In this document: one piece after another, positions 7,405 through 15,846 of the stretch
How the letters are laid out: the number at the start of each line of letters is the position of its first letter
Numbering within the stretch: position 1 is the first letter of the stretch
Origin: Candidatus Methylomirabilis limnetica
Lineage (GTDB): Bacteria > Methylomirabilota > Methylomirabilia > Methylomirabilales > Methylomirabilaceae
Assembly: GCF_003044035.1 (NCBI RefSeq)
Contig: NZ_NVQC01000022.1
Coordinates: 342,092 to 374,091 of the forward strand
DNA length: 32,000 nucleotides
Direction of reading: 5' to 3'
Made by a program: the position numbers and the translations under genes
Notes under the pieces: model-generated
The model's database searches: none
The model's input: the letters and a program-made list of their open reading frames with translations, nothing else
What the model was told of the DNA's origin: nothing

Positions 7405-9970
7405 ATATGTCCCGTTGAAACGCTCGCGGACGACGCACGCTGAGTTTCAGGCGACCGTCACCAATACTATTGAAATAGTCCAGTCGAAAATCGTACACGC
7501 CGGCGTTCAGATGTAGGGCGGCGTTCTTCTCTCGATACGTATGGCTTCCACCATTATCGAGCACGATCGCGCCATCGAGGTACAGAAGACTTCCGTCATC
7601 TGAACCAAGGTCGAATCGGTACATCCCGGACTCAACAATGCGCATCCGCCCTTCAAGGCGTAAGGAGAAAGGCGGATCCCAAGGATGCGCCGACAACCCG
7701 GGTGTCCGTATCCAATGGGCTTCAACCGATTCCCCTACCCGAATTTCCCGCCCTGCCTCTGTGTTCTCGCCGCTCCAGTTGACGGCGTGATAGTACCGGC
7801 TTCTCAGCCCCTCAGGAAAGAACCGGGCAATAGGAAGGGTCTCAAAGCAACTGCCCTGCGGGTTCTGAAGCGCCTCATCACCAACCGGATAGACATCCGC
7901 AAGCAGACGTCCCATACGTCCTTCATCTGCATACGAGAGGTGAAACCGGTGGCTACCCTTTTTTAACATCAGTGAGCATTGCATGAGCTGGAAAGGATGC
8001 GTGCCACTGTTGTCCAAGAGGGTATGACCGTCCAGCGTGAGTACGGCGCCATCGTATGAGCCGAGTAGAAAGTTGTACGCGCCTTGCCTCATGATGTGGA
8101 GGGTACCGGAAAGTTCCAAAGAAAACGGCCCCCTACCCCAAGGTCTCTTGGCCAGATATGCAGTTGCTTCCATCGGATCTTCAACCCAGAGAAGATCGAG
8201 CGGGACGCCTCGCCAAGAGAACGGTCTGTTGTGAATGATACCATCCGCGTGCCGTTCGTACTTACTCACGCCGGTCTCGAGGACAAAACCTGGAGAGGGC
8301 GAACCCTTTAAAAATCTATTCGCAATCTTGAGCCGCATAAATCTGGATTCTTTTGGGGACTCCAGCCGTATCGTGAATCGTTTGCGAATCTCAGCAAAGA
8401 TCCTGACCGATTCCAATTCGTAGATCGATTTGTCTGCTACACGCCGGTACATAGGGTGAAAATCCTGAAGGTAATAGACCGTGAATGCCTCTGGAGGCGT
8501 CGGACTGCCCGGATGAATGCTGTCCAGGAACGCTTCCAGCGTTGCCAACGGGCGAATTGGAAGGCATGAGTAGCGGCATTGGGTCGAACCAAACACAAAG
8601 ACGGAGTCCACAAAACGTTTGTGACCGAGGCTTAAGTACAGTCGCTCTAGCGCACCCGCGGGATCAGTGGTGTTCTCGGGGTAGGCAGAGAAGTTATAAA
8701 CAAGCAGCAGCTTTTCTCCCGCGTTGACTCTTGAGCGGGCCTCCAAATACCAATTTACTTCCGACGCGGGCACGAGATAGTCCGCCTGAGAATAGGTAAA
8801 GGGCATCGGGTAGCGCCGCTCATCAACGGGTAGCTTCATGTAATTGACGAGATCTGCCATCTGCCAGATATTACCCAAGCACAGCAACGCAATGAGTACG
8901 ACCTTCGGCCTCTCCCCAAATCGCGACATCCCGGCGGATTCGCAGAACATGCCGACGACCGCCACGATGCAATAGAACTCAACCAGCAGAAATCGTCTCG
9001 GACGCAGCCAATCGGCGCCTTGCATCCCCAGCACAACGACTAACCCGATCTGAAACATGAGGAGGCTCAGGAAGAACCACCGATTGCGTTTGAGAAAGAA
9101 GAGGCTAAATAGTCCCAGTACAAACAGGACCGGGCTGTCGAGTAACTGATCATAGAAAAGCGCTTTGGCAAGATTCGCAATACTTGCGCTGATCGCATCA
9201 ATCGTCACCGAACCGGAATGAACGACGGCTCCTACGTTCCCTCCCGGATATGAGAGGATCGTAGCAAGTTGAACCGTAGCGCCCAGAAGCCATATAATGC
9301 GTGTGCGAAGAGGGACATGTCGATGGAGGACAGCCGCCGCGATAAAGACTACAAACAATGATTTGCCGAGTTCGTACAGGTGCCATGACAGTTCGTTGGC
9401 AACCAGACACAGAACGAGGCTTAATATCCAGTTGCGGCGAACCCGATTGTCTAAGGTAATCCACAGCGCAAGTGCGTGAGGTAGTAAGCCCGTAACATAT
9501 GGATAGCCCGCAACAGAGAAGGAAAGCAGAGCCGGCGACGCGCCCCATGCGAGAAGCAGAATCCAGAATTGACGGATTGGAAGACCGATGAGCCGTATAA
9601 CGAGCCACAGTGTCAGGACGAAGAGGGCGAAGGTAAGCAGGTGCGCCCAATACTCCCATGGCCATAGCGACCCTAGGTAGCCAGGAATCAACGTGTAGAG
9701 AAGGCTGTTGGTGTGATTCCAATATTGGAAGTGCCGTGTGGAATGGACTACGGATATGACGGCGTCCCAAAACGATCGAGTAGATACCAGAAACAGCCCA
9801 TGGGCCGGGCCGAGCACATCCCAACCCGGATAGTAAGGGCCTCGGTACACCACACGCATCCACAACGAAAAGCTAATGCTGAATACGGCGAAGGAGGAGA
9901 AGGCGAGAAAGGCTGCGCGGCTTGAAAGCGGCGCGTTCTGCGGGTCACGTGCGTCATCCTTGTTCAGCAT
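7355..9970 (-). CDS. Large polytopic membrane protein (GT-C-like N-terminal ~560 aa) fused to two C-terminal PA14 domains
   Basis: 871 aa, with GGAG 8 nt upstream of ATG 9970 and 12 or more hydrophobic helices. PA14 signatures: GAYNFLLGSYDGAVLTLDGHTLLDNSGTH (about 7890-8221) and GMYRFDLGSDDGSLLYLDGAIVLDNGGSH...GVYDFRLDYFNSIGDGRLKL (about 7427-7810). Its 3' end overlaps the next GT2 gene by 50 nt. Confidence 0.8.
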   Translation of the reverse strand: MLNKDDARDPQNAPLSSRAAFLAFSSFAVFSISFSLWMRVVYRGPYYPGWDVLGPAHGLFLVSTRSFWDAVISVVHSTRHFQYWNHTNSLLYTLIPGYLGSLWPWEYWAHLLTFALFVLTLWLVIRLIGLPIRQFWILLLAWGASPALLSFSVAGYPYVTGLLPHALALWITLDNRVRRNWILSLVLCLVANELSWHLYELGKSLFVVFIAAAVLHRHVPLRTRIIWLLGATVQLATILSYPGGNVGAVVHSGSVTIDAISASIANLAKALFYDQLLDSPVLFVLGLFSLFFLKRNRWFFLSLLMFQIGLVVVLGMQGADWLRPRRFLLVEFYCIVAVVGMFCESAGMSRFGERPKVVLIALLCLGNIWQMADLVNYMKLPVDERRYPMPFTYSQADYLVPASEVNWYLEARSRVNAGEKLLLVYNFSAYPENTTDPAGALERLYLSLGHKRFVDSVFVFGSTQCRYSCLPIRPLATLEAFLDSIHPGSPTPPEAFTVYYLQDFHPMYRRVADKSIYELESVRIFAEIRKRFTIRLESPKESRFMRLKIANRFLKGSPSPGFVLETGVSKYERHADGIIHNRPFSWRGVPLDLLWVEDPMEATAYLAKRPWGRGPFSLELSGTLHIMRQGAYNFLLGSYDGAVLTLDGHTLLDNSGTHPFQLMQCSLMLKKGSHRFHLSYADEGRMGRLLADVYPVGDEALQNPQGSCFETLPIARFFPEGLRSRYYHAVNWSGENTEAGREIRVGESVEAHWIRTPGLSAHPWDPPFSLRLEGRMRIVESGMYRFDLGSDDGSLLYLDGAIVLDNGGSHTYREKNAALHLNAGVYDFRLDYFNSIGDGRLKLSVRRPRAFQRDIYGARGDSIKRSDSHVQ

Positions 9971-10073
9971 ACCACATCTCCGATGGTTCTATTTTCCAAG
10001 CCGGACATGCATGGTGACAGGAGAGATTCAACGCGGCTGTACGTGCGTAAACAGTCGGGTTGCTTCGCTGCAG

Positions 10074-10823
10074 TCACCTCCTGGTCGCCTGGCGGCCCTT
10101 TATGCACACCTGCAACCACAGTAGAAACAGGCTGCCGAAGCGATAGAGGCCCTCGTGGAGAAGGTTGAACCGGCTCTTTCGCCGATCGTCGCACCAGACC
10201 GGCACCTCAACAATGACGGCGCCATCGCGTTGACCCCAAGCGATGAGTTGCAGGATATAGGCGCTCTGGTCGGCCAAATACGGGAGATATGGCCGTATGG
10301 AGTCGATCCGAAATGCCTTGGCGCCGATCGAGTAGTCCGTAAACTCGAGGTGAAGCAATCGGCGCGTGCAGGCGATGAATGCCGCGCTCGCCATGTGTCG
10401 GATCCGCGAGCGCTGCTGCCCCCCGGTCTGCTTGGAGCCGATGACGATGTCCGCCGTGTCGAGTGTTGCCGCTGCGGCCGTGATGAAGTCGAGATCGATG
10501 GTGAGGTCGAGATCGAGACACACCACCCGGTCATACTGCGCGCGCGTAATCCCGGCCTTGAATGCGCGGCCCACCCCGCGCTGCGGTAATTCAATCACTG
10601 TGAGGTCCGTACACCCCACCGCACATGCCCTGGCGATCTCGACGGTCCGGTCGGTCGAGCCATTGCTTATCAGGAGCAGTTCATACGCCGTAATCTCTCG
10701 GTCCTTCAGGCAGCGCCTGAGGCGGTCGACGTTGGCGGCAAGAATGGCTTCTTCGTTATACGCCGGGAGGATGAATGTCAGTGGAGCTCGGCGTTGGTGA
10801 GCATCACGCGAGTCTTGGGGCAT
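10074..10823 (-). CDS. GT2 glycosyltransferase
   Basis: LTFILPAYNEEAIL, LISNGSTDRT, and an LDLDLTIDLDF acidic motif. Starts 10 nt after the radical SAM stop, indicating operonic arrangement. Confidence 0.8.
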   Translation of the reverse strand: MPQDSRDAHQRRAPLTFILPAYNEEAILAANVDRLRRCLKDREITAYELLLISNGSTDRTVEIARACAVGCTDLTVIELPQRGVGRAFKAGITRAQYDRVVCLDLDLTIDLDFITAAAATLDTADIVIGSKQTGGQQRSRIRHMASAAFIACTRRLLHLEFTDYSIGAKAFRIDSIRPYLPYLADQSAYILQLIAWGQRDGAVIVEVPVWCDDRRKSRFNLLHEGLYRFGSLFLLWLQVCIKGRQATRR

Positions 10824-10832
10824 GGCGGGGGC

Positions 10833-12191
10833 CTAGGAGAAGGCCGGTCGCACGTAGTCCCAGAACAGTGCGGCCTGTCGGCGCCAAAGGTGAAGGTCTA
10901 CCCGGCGAATCCTGGACCAGAGCACCGCCGGTCGCAGGTAGAACTCGCGGAAGGCCCGGTCGGCGACGGCCTGAAGGAGACGGGGATCGTGCTCCTTGCT
11001 CAGCACGTCGGGGAACAGTTCCGAGGCGCCGCTCATCTCGTACAGCGTCGTGCCCAGGTAGGGAGTCACGGCATGAAACGACGCATAGGTTGGGTTCAGT
11101 CGCTTGGCAAATGCGATTGTCGCCTCCATATCCTCGGCGGTCTCTCCCGGAAAGCCGAACATGAAGAAACAGACCTGATCGATTCCTGACTGCTTCGTCT
11201 CTGCAATTCCCCGTTCGATCTGCTCAAGAGTAATCCGCTTGTTAGTTTCGGCAAGAATTCTGGCTGAACCGCTTTCCACGCCGAAGTGGATGAGCCGACA
11301 GCCGGCCCGCTTCATCAATTGCAGAAGCGGCCCGTCCACATAATCGGCCCTGGTCTGGCACGCCCACTCGAAGGATAACTTCGCTGACGCCAGTCGTTCA
11401 CAGAGATCCCAGACGTCGTCGCGGACCGCAGTAAACTCGAGATCGATGAAGTAGCCTGTCTCGGCTCCTGCCTCTCGAACCAGATACGTCACCTCACGGA
11501 TAACCTGCTCAGGATCTTTCTTACGGTAGCCTTTGCCGTACATCTTGAGGAGGCAGAAAGAACATCGATAGTGACAACCGCGCGTCGCTTCAAGTAGGGC
11601 AAACCTGCCGCCGAGGACTTCGTAACGGTAGTTGCGGAGGTCGAGGAGATGAAAAGCGGGCAGTGGCAGGGTTGTCAGATCTATGGGGTTTCCTTCCGGG
11701 GTATTGATGAGCGTGCCCCCTTGCAGATAGCTAATACCCGGCACCTCGGAAGGATCTTTGCCATCACAGAGCGCTCGGACCGCCAGTTCAGGCTCACCAC
11801 GGATCACGGCCCGCGCCCGCGTCATGTTGAGAAGTTCGCCAGGCGCAACGGTCCCATGTGTCCCCATGACGTACAGCTTGTCGGGTTCTACCAGATGTGT
11901 AACGGCCAGGAATGGGCTGAGATCAAGGTTGGGGCATTGCCACCGATCAATCGGCGCTGAGGTGATAAACACCAGATCGTGCTGCGTCGCGGCGTCTCGA
12001 ATCGCATCGAGTGGGGTGGGCGTGGCGCGGGCATCGATGATGCTGGCGCTATGTCCATCCTGTTCCAGCAGTGCCGCGCAGTTCAGCAGGTCAAGGGGAG
12101 GCCATGTCCGATTGAACCGGCGTCCTTTTCGGCTTACCAGCCCGTCCCAGCTCGGATTGACCAGCAGGACTTTCAGTCGCCTTCCCGCCAT
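10833..12191 (-). CDS. B12-binding-domain radical SAM protein (class B rSAM)
   Basis: N-terminal LKVLLVNPSW... Rossmann-like cobalamin-binding region, followed by the CxxxCxxC cluster EATRGCHYRCSFC. Confidence 0.85.
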   Translation of the reverse strand: MAGRRLKVLLVNPSWDGLVSRKGRRFNRTWPPLDLLNCAALLEQDGHSASIIDARATPTPLDAIRDAATQHDLVFITSAPIDRWQCPNLDLSPFLAVTHLVEPDKLYVMGTHGTVAPGELLNMTRARAVIRGEPELAVRALCDGKDPSEVPGISYLQGGTLINTPEGNPIDLTTLPLPAFHLLDLRNYRYEVLGGRFALLEATRGCHYRCSFCLLKMYGKGYRKKDPEQVIREVTYLVREAGAETGYFIDLEFTAVRDDVWDLCERLASAKLSFEWACQTRADYVDGPLLQLMKRAGCRLIHFGVESGSARILAETNKRITLEQIERGIAETKQSGIDQVCFFMFGFPGETAEDMEATIAFAKRLNPTYASFHAVTPYLGTTLYEMSGASELFPDVLSKEHDPRLLQAVADRAFREFYLRPAVLWSRIRRVDLHLWRRQAALFWDYVRPAFS

Positions 12192-12233
12192 ACTGAGATC
12201 ACCTTATCCCATCATGCTAATAATTTATTCTGA

Positions 12234-12297
12234 AATCTCCCTTTACCCCTCTTTGCCAAAGAGGGGATTTATTCCTCCCTTTGGAAAAGGGAGGTTA
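12234..12297. repeat. Double-hairpin intergenic repeat, interrupted at its 3' side by the IS
   Basis: CCCCTCTTT-gcc-AAAGAGGGG (12246-12266) and CCTCCCTTT-gga-AAAGGGAGG (12274-12294). The rest of the repeat (GGAGGGATT) resumes at 13597, on the other side of the IS. Confidence 0.6.
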
Positions 12298-13593
12298 GGC
12301 AGTGTAAATAAATAAAGGTATCAACTTCGCTCTGTAGCTTTTGGTCTTATGACGTAGTTCCAGTCGCCATGAAACTTATTACGTTCCACATTGATGCGCT
12401 TCATCTCTTCATCGCTAACCTTGCGTCCGGTTGGATATTTCCGGCGATCCAATCTACACGTCACTTTCAGCCCCTTCGCCGTGGTCGTCCTGGCGATGAG
12501 ATTGACGATCGTTTCGTAATCCCGCAACGGTTCACCACGCCAATTTGACGTGATAAAGGAAAACAGCCGGTGTTCGATCTTGTTCCATTTGCTGGTGCCG
12601 GGAGGAAAATGACAGACGGAAAGGCACATGCCGGTTTGATCAGCAAACTTCTGCAACTCCAACTTCCAAAGCCGCAACCGCGACCCATTGCTCCCCCCGC
12701 CGTCGGCAGTGATCAGAAGCGTTGCCGTATCCGGATACAGCCGTCGTCCTTCAAAATGCCACCACCCGCGAATCGAGGCCACGGCAAATTCTCCAGTGTC
12801 ATGGTCGGTCCCCACATTGACAAAACCGGCGTTGCGTCCGAGGTCGTAAATACCATACGGATAGGCGCGTGGCACTTCTGGGCTGGGGAAGTCGTGACCT
12901 TGAACTTTTTTGGGCTGCTTTGCCGGAAGCCATTGCTGACCGGCATTGTTGTAGTTGCCGATGAGTTCCTTCTTTTTTGTGTCCACCGAAATCACAGGAA
13001 TGCCTTGCGCCAGGCGTCTCTTTACCGCAGCATTGATGTGCCGAAATTGCGCATCGCGGTCGGGGTGGTCTGTGCCCTCCTCGGTCTTCCGATTGCTCTG
13101 CAGACTATAGTTCAGATCGTGAAGAATCTGCGCGACCTTTGCATGGCTGACCGGGTGCTTGTTCCTGCCAAGCTGCCTGGCAATCGCCCGCGTGCTTTTA
13201 CAAATCCATCGCAGGGGGGACTGTGGATCGCCTCGCGTTTGGCCATCAATCATCTCTTCCAATGCATCCAACAGACGTGGGTCGGAAACGGTGATGGACT
13301 TGCGCCCTGCTCCGGGACAACGGATGCGACCTTCCGATGGCACTATCCCTTCTTGAATTTCGCGGACTCCTTTGGCGATGGCCCGTCGCGACAATCCACA
13401 CGCGCGATGCACCACAGAGATTCCACCAAAGCCCAAACTCACGGCTTCATTAGCAGCCATGATGCGGCGCGTGCGCTCGTCCAAAAGCGGCCACACAGAA
13501 CGAAACTTCCGTCTCAACTCGGGCAGGGTGTTCATGCTCAAGAAGCATACCACCACAACTCATAGATTGATACCTTTATTTATTTACACTGCC
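12298..13593 (-). mobile_element. Intact ISAzo13-family insertion sequence (1296 bp)
   Basis: Perfect 27-bp terminal inverted repeats GGCAGTGTAAATAAATAAAGGTATCAA (12298-12324) and the reverse complement (13567-13593). Flanked by the direct repeat TTA (12295-12297 and 13594-13596). Single full-length transposase ORF. Confidence 0.9.
12321..13556 (-). CDS. ISAzo13-family DDE transposase
   Basis: Characteristic blocks: DPQSPLRW, HPDRDAQFRHIN, PVISVDTKKKELIGNY, PYGIYD, ITADGGGSNGSRLRLWK, HFPPGTSKWNKIEHRLFS, NWRGEPL. The likely true start is ATG 13535 (MNTLPELRRKF). The stop codon lies inside the left IR. Confidence 0.9.
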   Translation of the reverse strand: MVVCFLSMNTLPELRRKFRSVWPLLDERTRRIMAANEAVSLGFGGISVVHRACGLSRRAIAKGVREIQEGIVPSEGRIRCPGAGRKSITVSDPRLLDALEEMIDGQTRGDPQSPLRWICKSTRAIARQLGRNKHPVSHAKVAQILHDLNYSLQSNRKTEEGTDHPDRDAQFRHINAAVKRRLAQGIPVISVDTKKKELIGNYNNAGQQWLPAKQPKKVQGHDFPSPEVPRAYPYGIYDLGRNAGFVNVGTDHDTGEFAVASIRGWWHFEGRRLYPDTATLLITADGGGSNGSRLRLWKLELQKFADQTGMCLSVCHFPPGTSKWNKIEHRLFSFITSNWRGEPLRDYETIVNLIARTTTAKGLKVTCRLDRRKYPTGRKVSDEEMKRINVERNKFHGDWNYVIRPKATERS

Positions 13594-15768
13594 TTAGGAG
13601 GGATTTTCTAAGGAACTGTATCTTTTCCTCGAAAGAAATACAAGCGTTTCAGCGAGGAGCAACGCGATTCCGGCCGCTGTGGCAACCCGTCCAACATAAT
13701 CAGGCCAGCGATTGCCGAAGACGAGCCGGACCTGCTTGGCCGTGGGATAGACCAGCATGAATGATGGTGACACCAGATAGATCCGATCGGCGCCCTCAAC
13801 GCGCCATTTCGGGTGATACGAGACCTTGATCAGGTGCGGGCGACCAGGGCACTCGGTCTCAAACCGAACCTCCTCATTGCCCAAGGCGTCTTTCACGTGG
13901 CATTCGGGCGAAAGGACCTGTTTAACGGGCTCCTCCATTAAGTCACGAAACGGCACGACTCCCGGCGGTACCGGATCGCCGGGTCGTGGGAAAAGGAGCG
14001 GTACCTCCAGCCATTCCGGTTTTTGGAACCAGTCATAAGCGAGTCGTTTCCAGTCGCCATCGGTCACGAGGGCAGGCTGGTATCGAAGCGGTACAACATA
14101 CTGGCCGTTGCCTTGACGGACCTGGAAGATCTTGTAGGGTCCGATTTCCCCCTCCTCGCGGTACCCAGGATTCGACCCCAGGGCAGCCTTCACCCTATCC
14201 GTGACGGCAATCACCTCTTTGACGTTGAACAGCTCCAAATGGGCGAGTGCCCGCTCCGGGTCGAATGGCGAACATTTGTAGGGAACGAAGGGACAAGAAG
14301 GAGTGTCCGTTAGTTCAGACTGGATGTAGAACACGAACGGGGAGGTCGGAGAGGACTGCATGTAGGCCCCTTCGAGCGTTGGGCGGCCCGATATAAGGGG
14401 GAGAGCCTCAAAAGCCCTGATCGTACCGGCCTTATCATGGAGAACCGAATGTTGGTACACGACTCTGGGACTGTGGGGGCCGCCTGGTAGCGCAATAGAA
14501 TTCACGACAATAAAGTATCGCCACCACGGTGTCTGCTCCATTCCGGAAAAATTCCACTGGATCCATTTGGGGATAAACGACACCTGAGGCATGACCCAGG
14601 CGATAGTCATCACGGCGATGACGACAGGCGCCGCTCGCCAGAGTGAACGCGGTAGCCGCATCAGAAGTCCACCGAGACCGGCTGCGGCCAAGAGGACGAG
14701 AAAAAACTGCGCAAAGGCCAGGAACCTGACATCTACAAGGTTCAGCCAGGGTGAAACAAAATACAGGGTGACCGATAGCACCACAGGGTAGGTCAGGTAG
14801 TAGATCATCCGAAGCCATCCCTTGTCGCTAAATTTCCCCCGCAGTGTCAAGGCTACTGTGACCGCCGCAATGACGATGATGGGCCATAGCACGACCGGAA
14901 CGATCTCCAGGATAGATGTAAACTCCCAGGTAATGGAGAACCCGGTAGTGTAAGGAAGGTACCAGACGAGCGGAATCAACCAGAATCCCAGCAGCAGCCC
15001 GCCCACAGCATACACCCGCACCAGGTACAGGAGCGTCATCCGGAACTCCGAGGTCACAGCAAGGAAGTACAGCCCCATACCCGCCGCCATCACCATCCCG
15101 TATCCGTGCGCTAATCCGGTAAGGGCGAAGAGTACGGCACACCAGCCTGCGTACCGCCGCTCAAGGACGCCTCGGTACAGTGCACCCATGAATAATACGA
15201 GGAGCGTAAGTGAGAGGCTGTGAGAAAACTCGCCGGCCAGCGTGCTCGGAATGTTTCCACCCCACATGCTGTTGCCTGCGTTCAGCAGGAATGGAAGGGT
15301 CAGAACGGCGCCAAGCGCAGGAATGGGGAACGGACATCCGATCCAGCGGAGCGCAACGAGGGAGGCGATCGGGAGCCCGAAGGTTCCGGCGATAGTCCCC
15401 AGCTTAAATGCAATAGGGAATGAGACGACAAGACTGAACCCGGCGATCAGCAGGAAGGCAAGGGGAAAATAGAAAAGGAAGAGGGGATAGCCGGCGAGGT
15501 TGCCCGGCATCCAGCCAATAAGCTTTCCATTAGGCAAGAGGTAATCCCGCAGATATCTTGCCGCGACATAGTGTGCGATGGTGTCGCCACCGCCAGTGAT
15601 AGTCGGCTTGAAAAGGAGGGAGGGTTTAAGGTACCAGAGAAGGAGTCCGTAGGTCAGCAGGAGGGCCAAGAGCGTGCTCACTCTCTCAACCCATCCGGGA
15701 TATCTTCCCGTTGGAACTGCGTCGGGTTCGGCGGAGGCTGTACGTACAGATTCGCGAACGTCCAGCAT
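13594..15768 (-). CDS. Very large polytopic membrane protein (candidate GT-C-like enzyme; resembles the PTPS-related/COG5617-type membrane family) with a ~300-aa C-terminal extracytoplasmic domain
   Basis: The ORF track starts at TTG 15786, which lies inside the upstream terminator. ATG 15768 is preceded by GGAGCGGTC. N-terminal motif GGDTIAHYVAARYLRDYLLPNGKLIGWMPGNLAGYPLFLFYFPLAF, then about 13 helices, a soluble domain and a final TM. The stop TAA coincides with the TTA duplicated by the IS. Confidence 0.7.
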   Translation of the reverse strand: MLDVRESVRTASAEPDAVPTGRYPGWVERVSTLLALLLTYGLLLWYLKPSLLFKPTITGGGDTIAHYVAARYLRDYLLPNGKLIGWMPGNLAGYPLFLFYFPLAFLLIAGFSLVVSFPIAFKLGTIAGTFGLPIASLVALRWIGCPFPIPALGAVLTLPFLLNAGNSMWGGNIPSTLAGEFSHSLSLTLLVLFMGALYRGVLERRYAGWCAVLFALTGLAHGYGMVMAAGMGLYFLAVTSEFRMTLLYLVRVYAVGGLLLGFWLIPLVWYLPYTTGFSITWEFTSILEIVPVVLWPIIVIAAVTVALTLRGKFSDKGWLRMIYYLTYPVVLSVTLYFVSPWLNLVDVRFLAFAQFFLVLLAAAGLGGLLMRLPRSLWRAAPVVIAVMTIAWVMPQVSFIPKWIQWNFSGMEQTPWWRYFIVVNSIALPGGPHSPRVVYQHSVLHDKAGTIRAFEALPLISGRPTLEGAYMQSSPTSPFVFYIQSELTDTPSCPFVPYKCSPFDPERALAHLELFNVKEVIAVTDRVKAALGSNPGYREEGEIGPYKIFQVRQGNGQYVVPLRYQPALVTDGDWKRLAYDWFQKPEWLEVPLLFPRPGDPVPPGVVPFRDLMEEPVKQVLSPECHVKDALGNEEVRFETECPGRPHLIKVSYHPKWRVEGADRIYLVSPSFMLVYPTAKQVRLVFGNRWPDYVGRVATAAGIALLLAETLVFLSRKRYSSLENPS

Positions 15769-15777
15769 GACCGCTCC

Positions 15778-15812
15778 AAAAAGCAAGAACGGGGCTTAAC
15801 GCCCCGTTCTTG
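15778..15812 (-). terminator. Rho-independent terminator after the IPTL-CTERM cargo gene
   Basis: 12-bp stem CAAGAACGGGGC/GCCCCGTTCTTG (15801-15812 / 15784-15795) with a 5-nt loop. On the minus strand it is followed by C plus T5 (15778-15782). Confidence 0.7.
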
Positions 15813-15846
15813 CGATTATCACGTAACCTGCGTATTCAGTTGTCGA

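Noticed and set aside
10100-10800. Several 104-164-aa ORFs on both strands inside the GT2 gene; likewise 12570-13565 (+), 18988-19722 (-), 3465-3908 (-), 11758-12315 (+), 31116-31691 (-)
   Set aside because: Typical high-GC shadow ORFs overlapping genes with clear family signatures. They are Arg/Ser/Pro-rich with no motifs.
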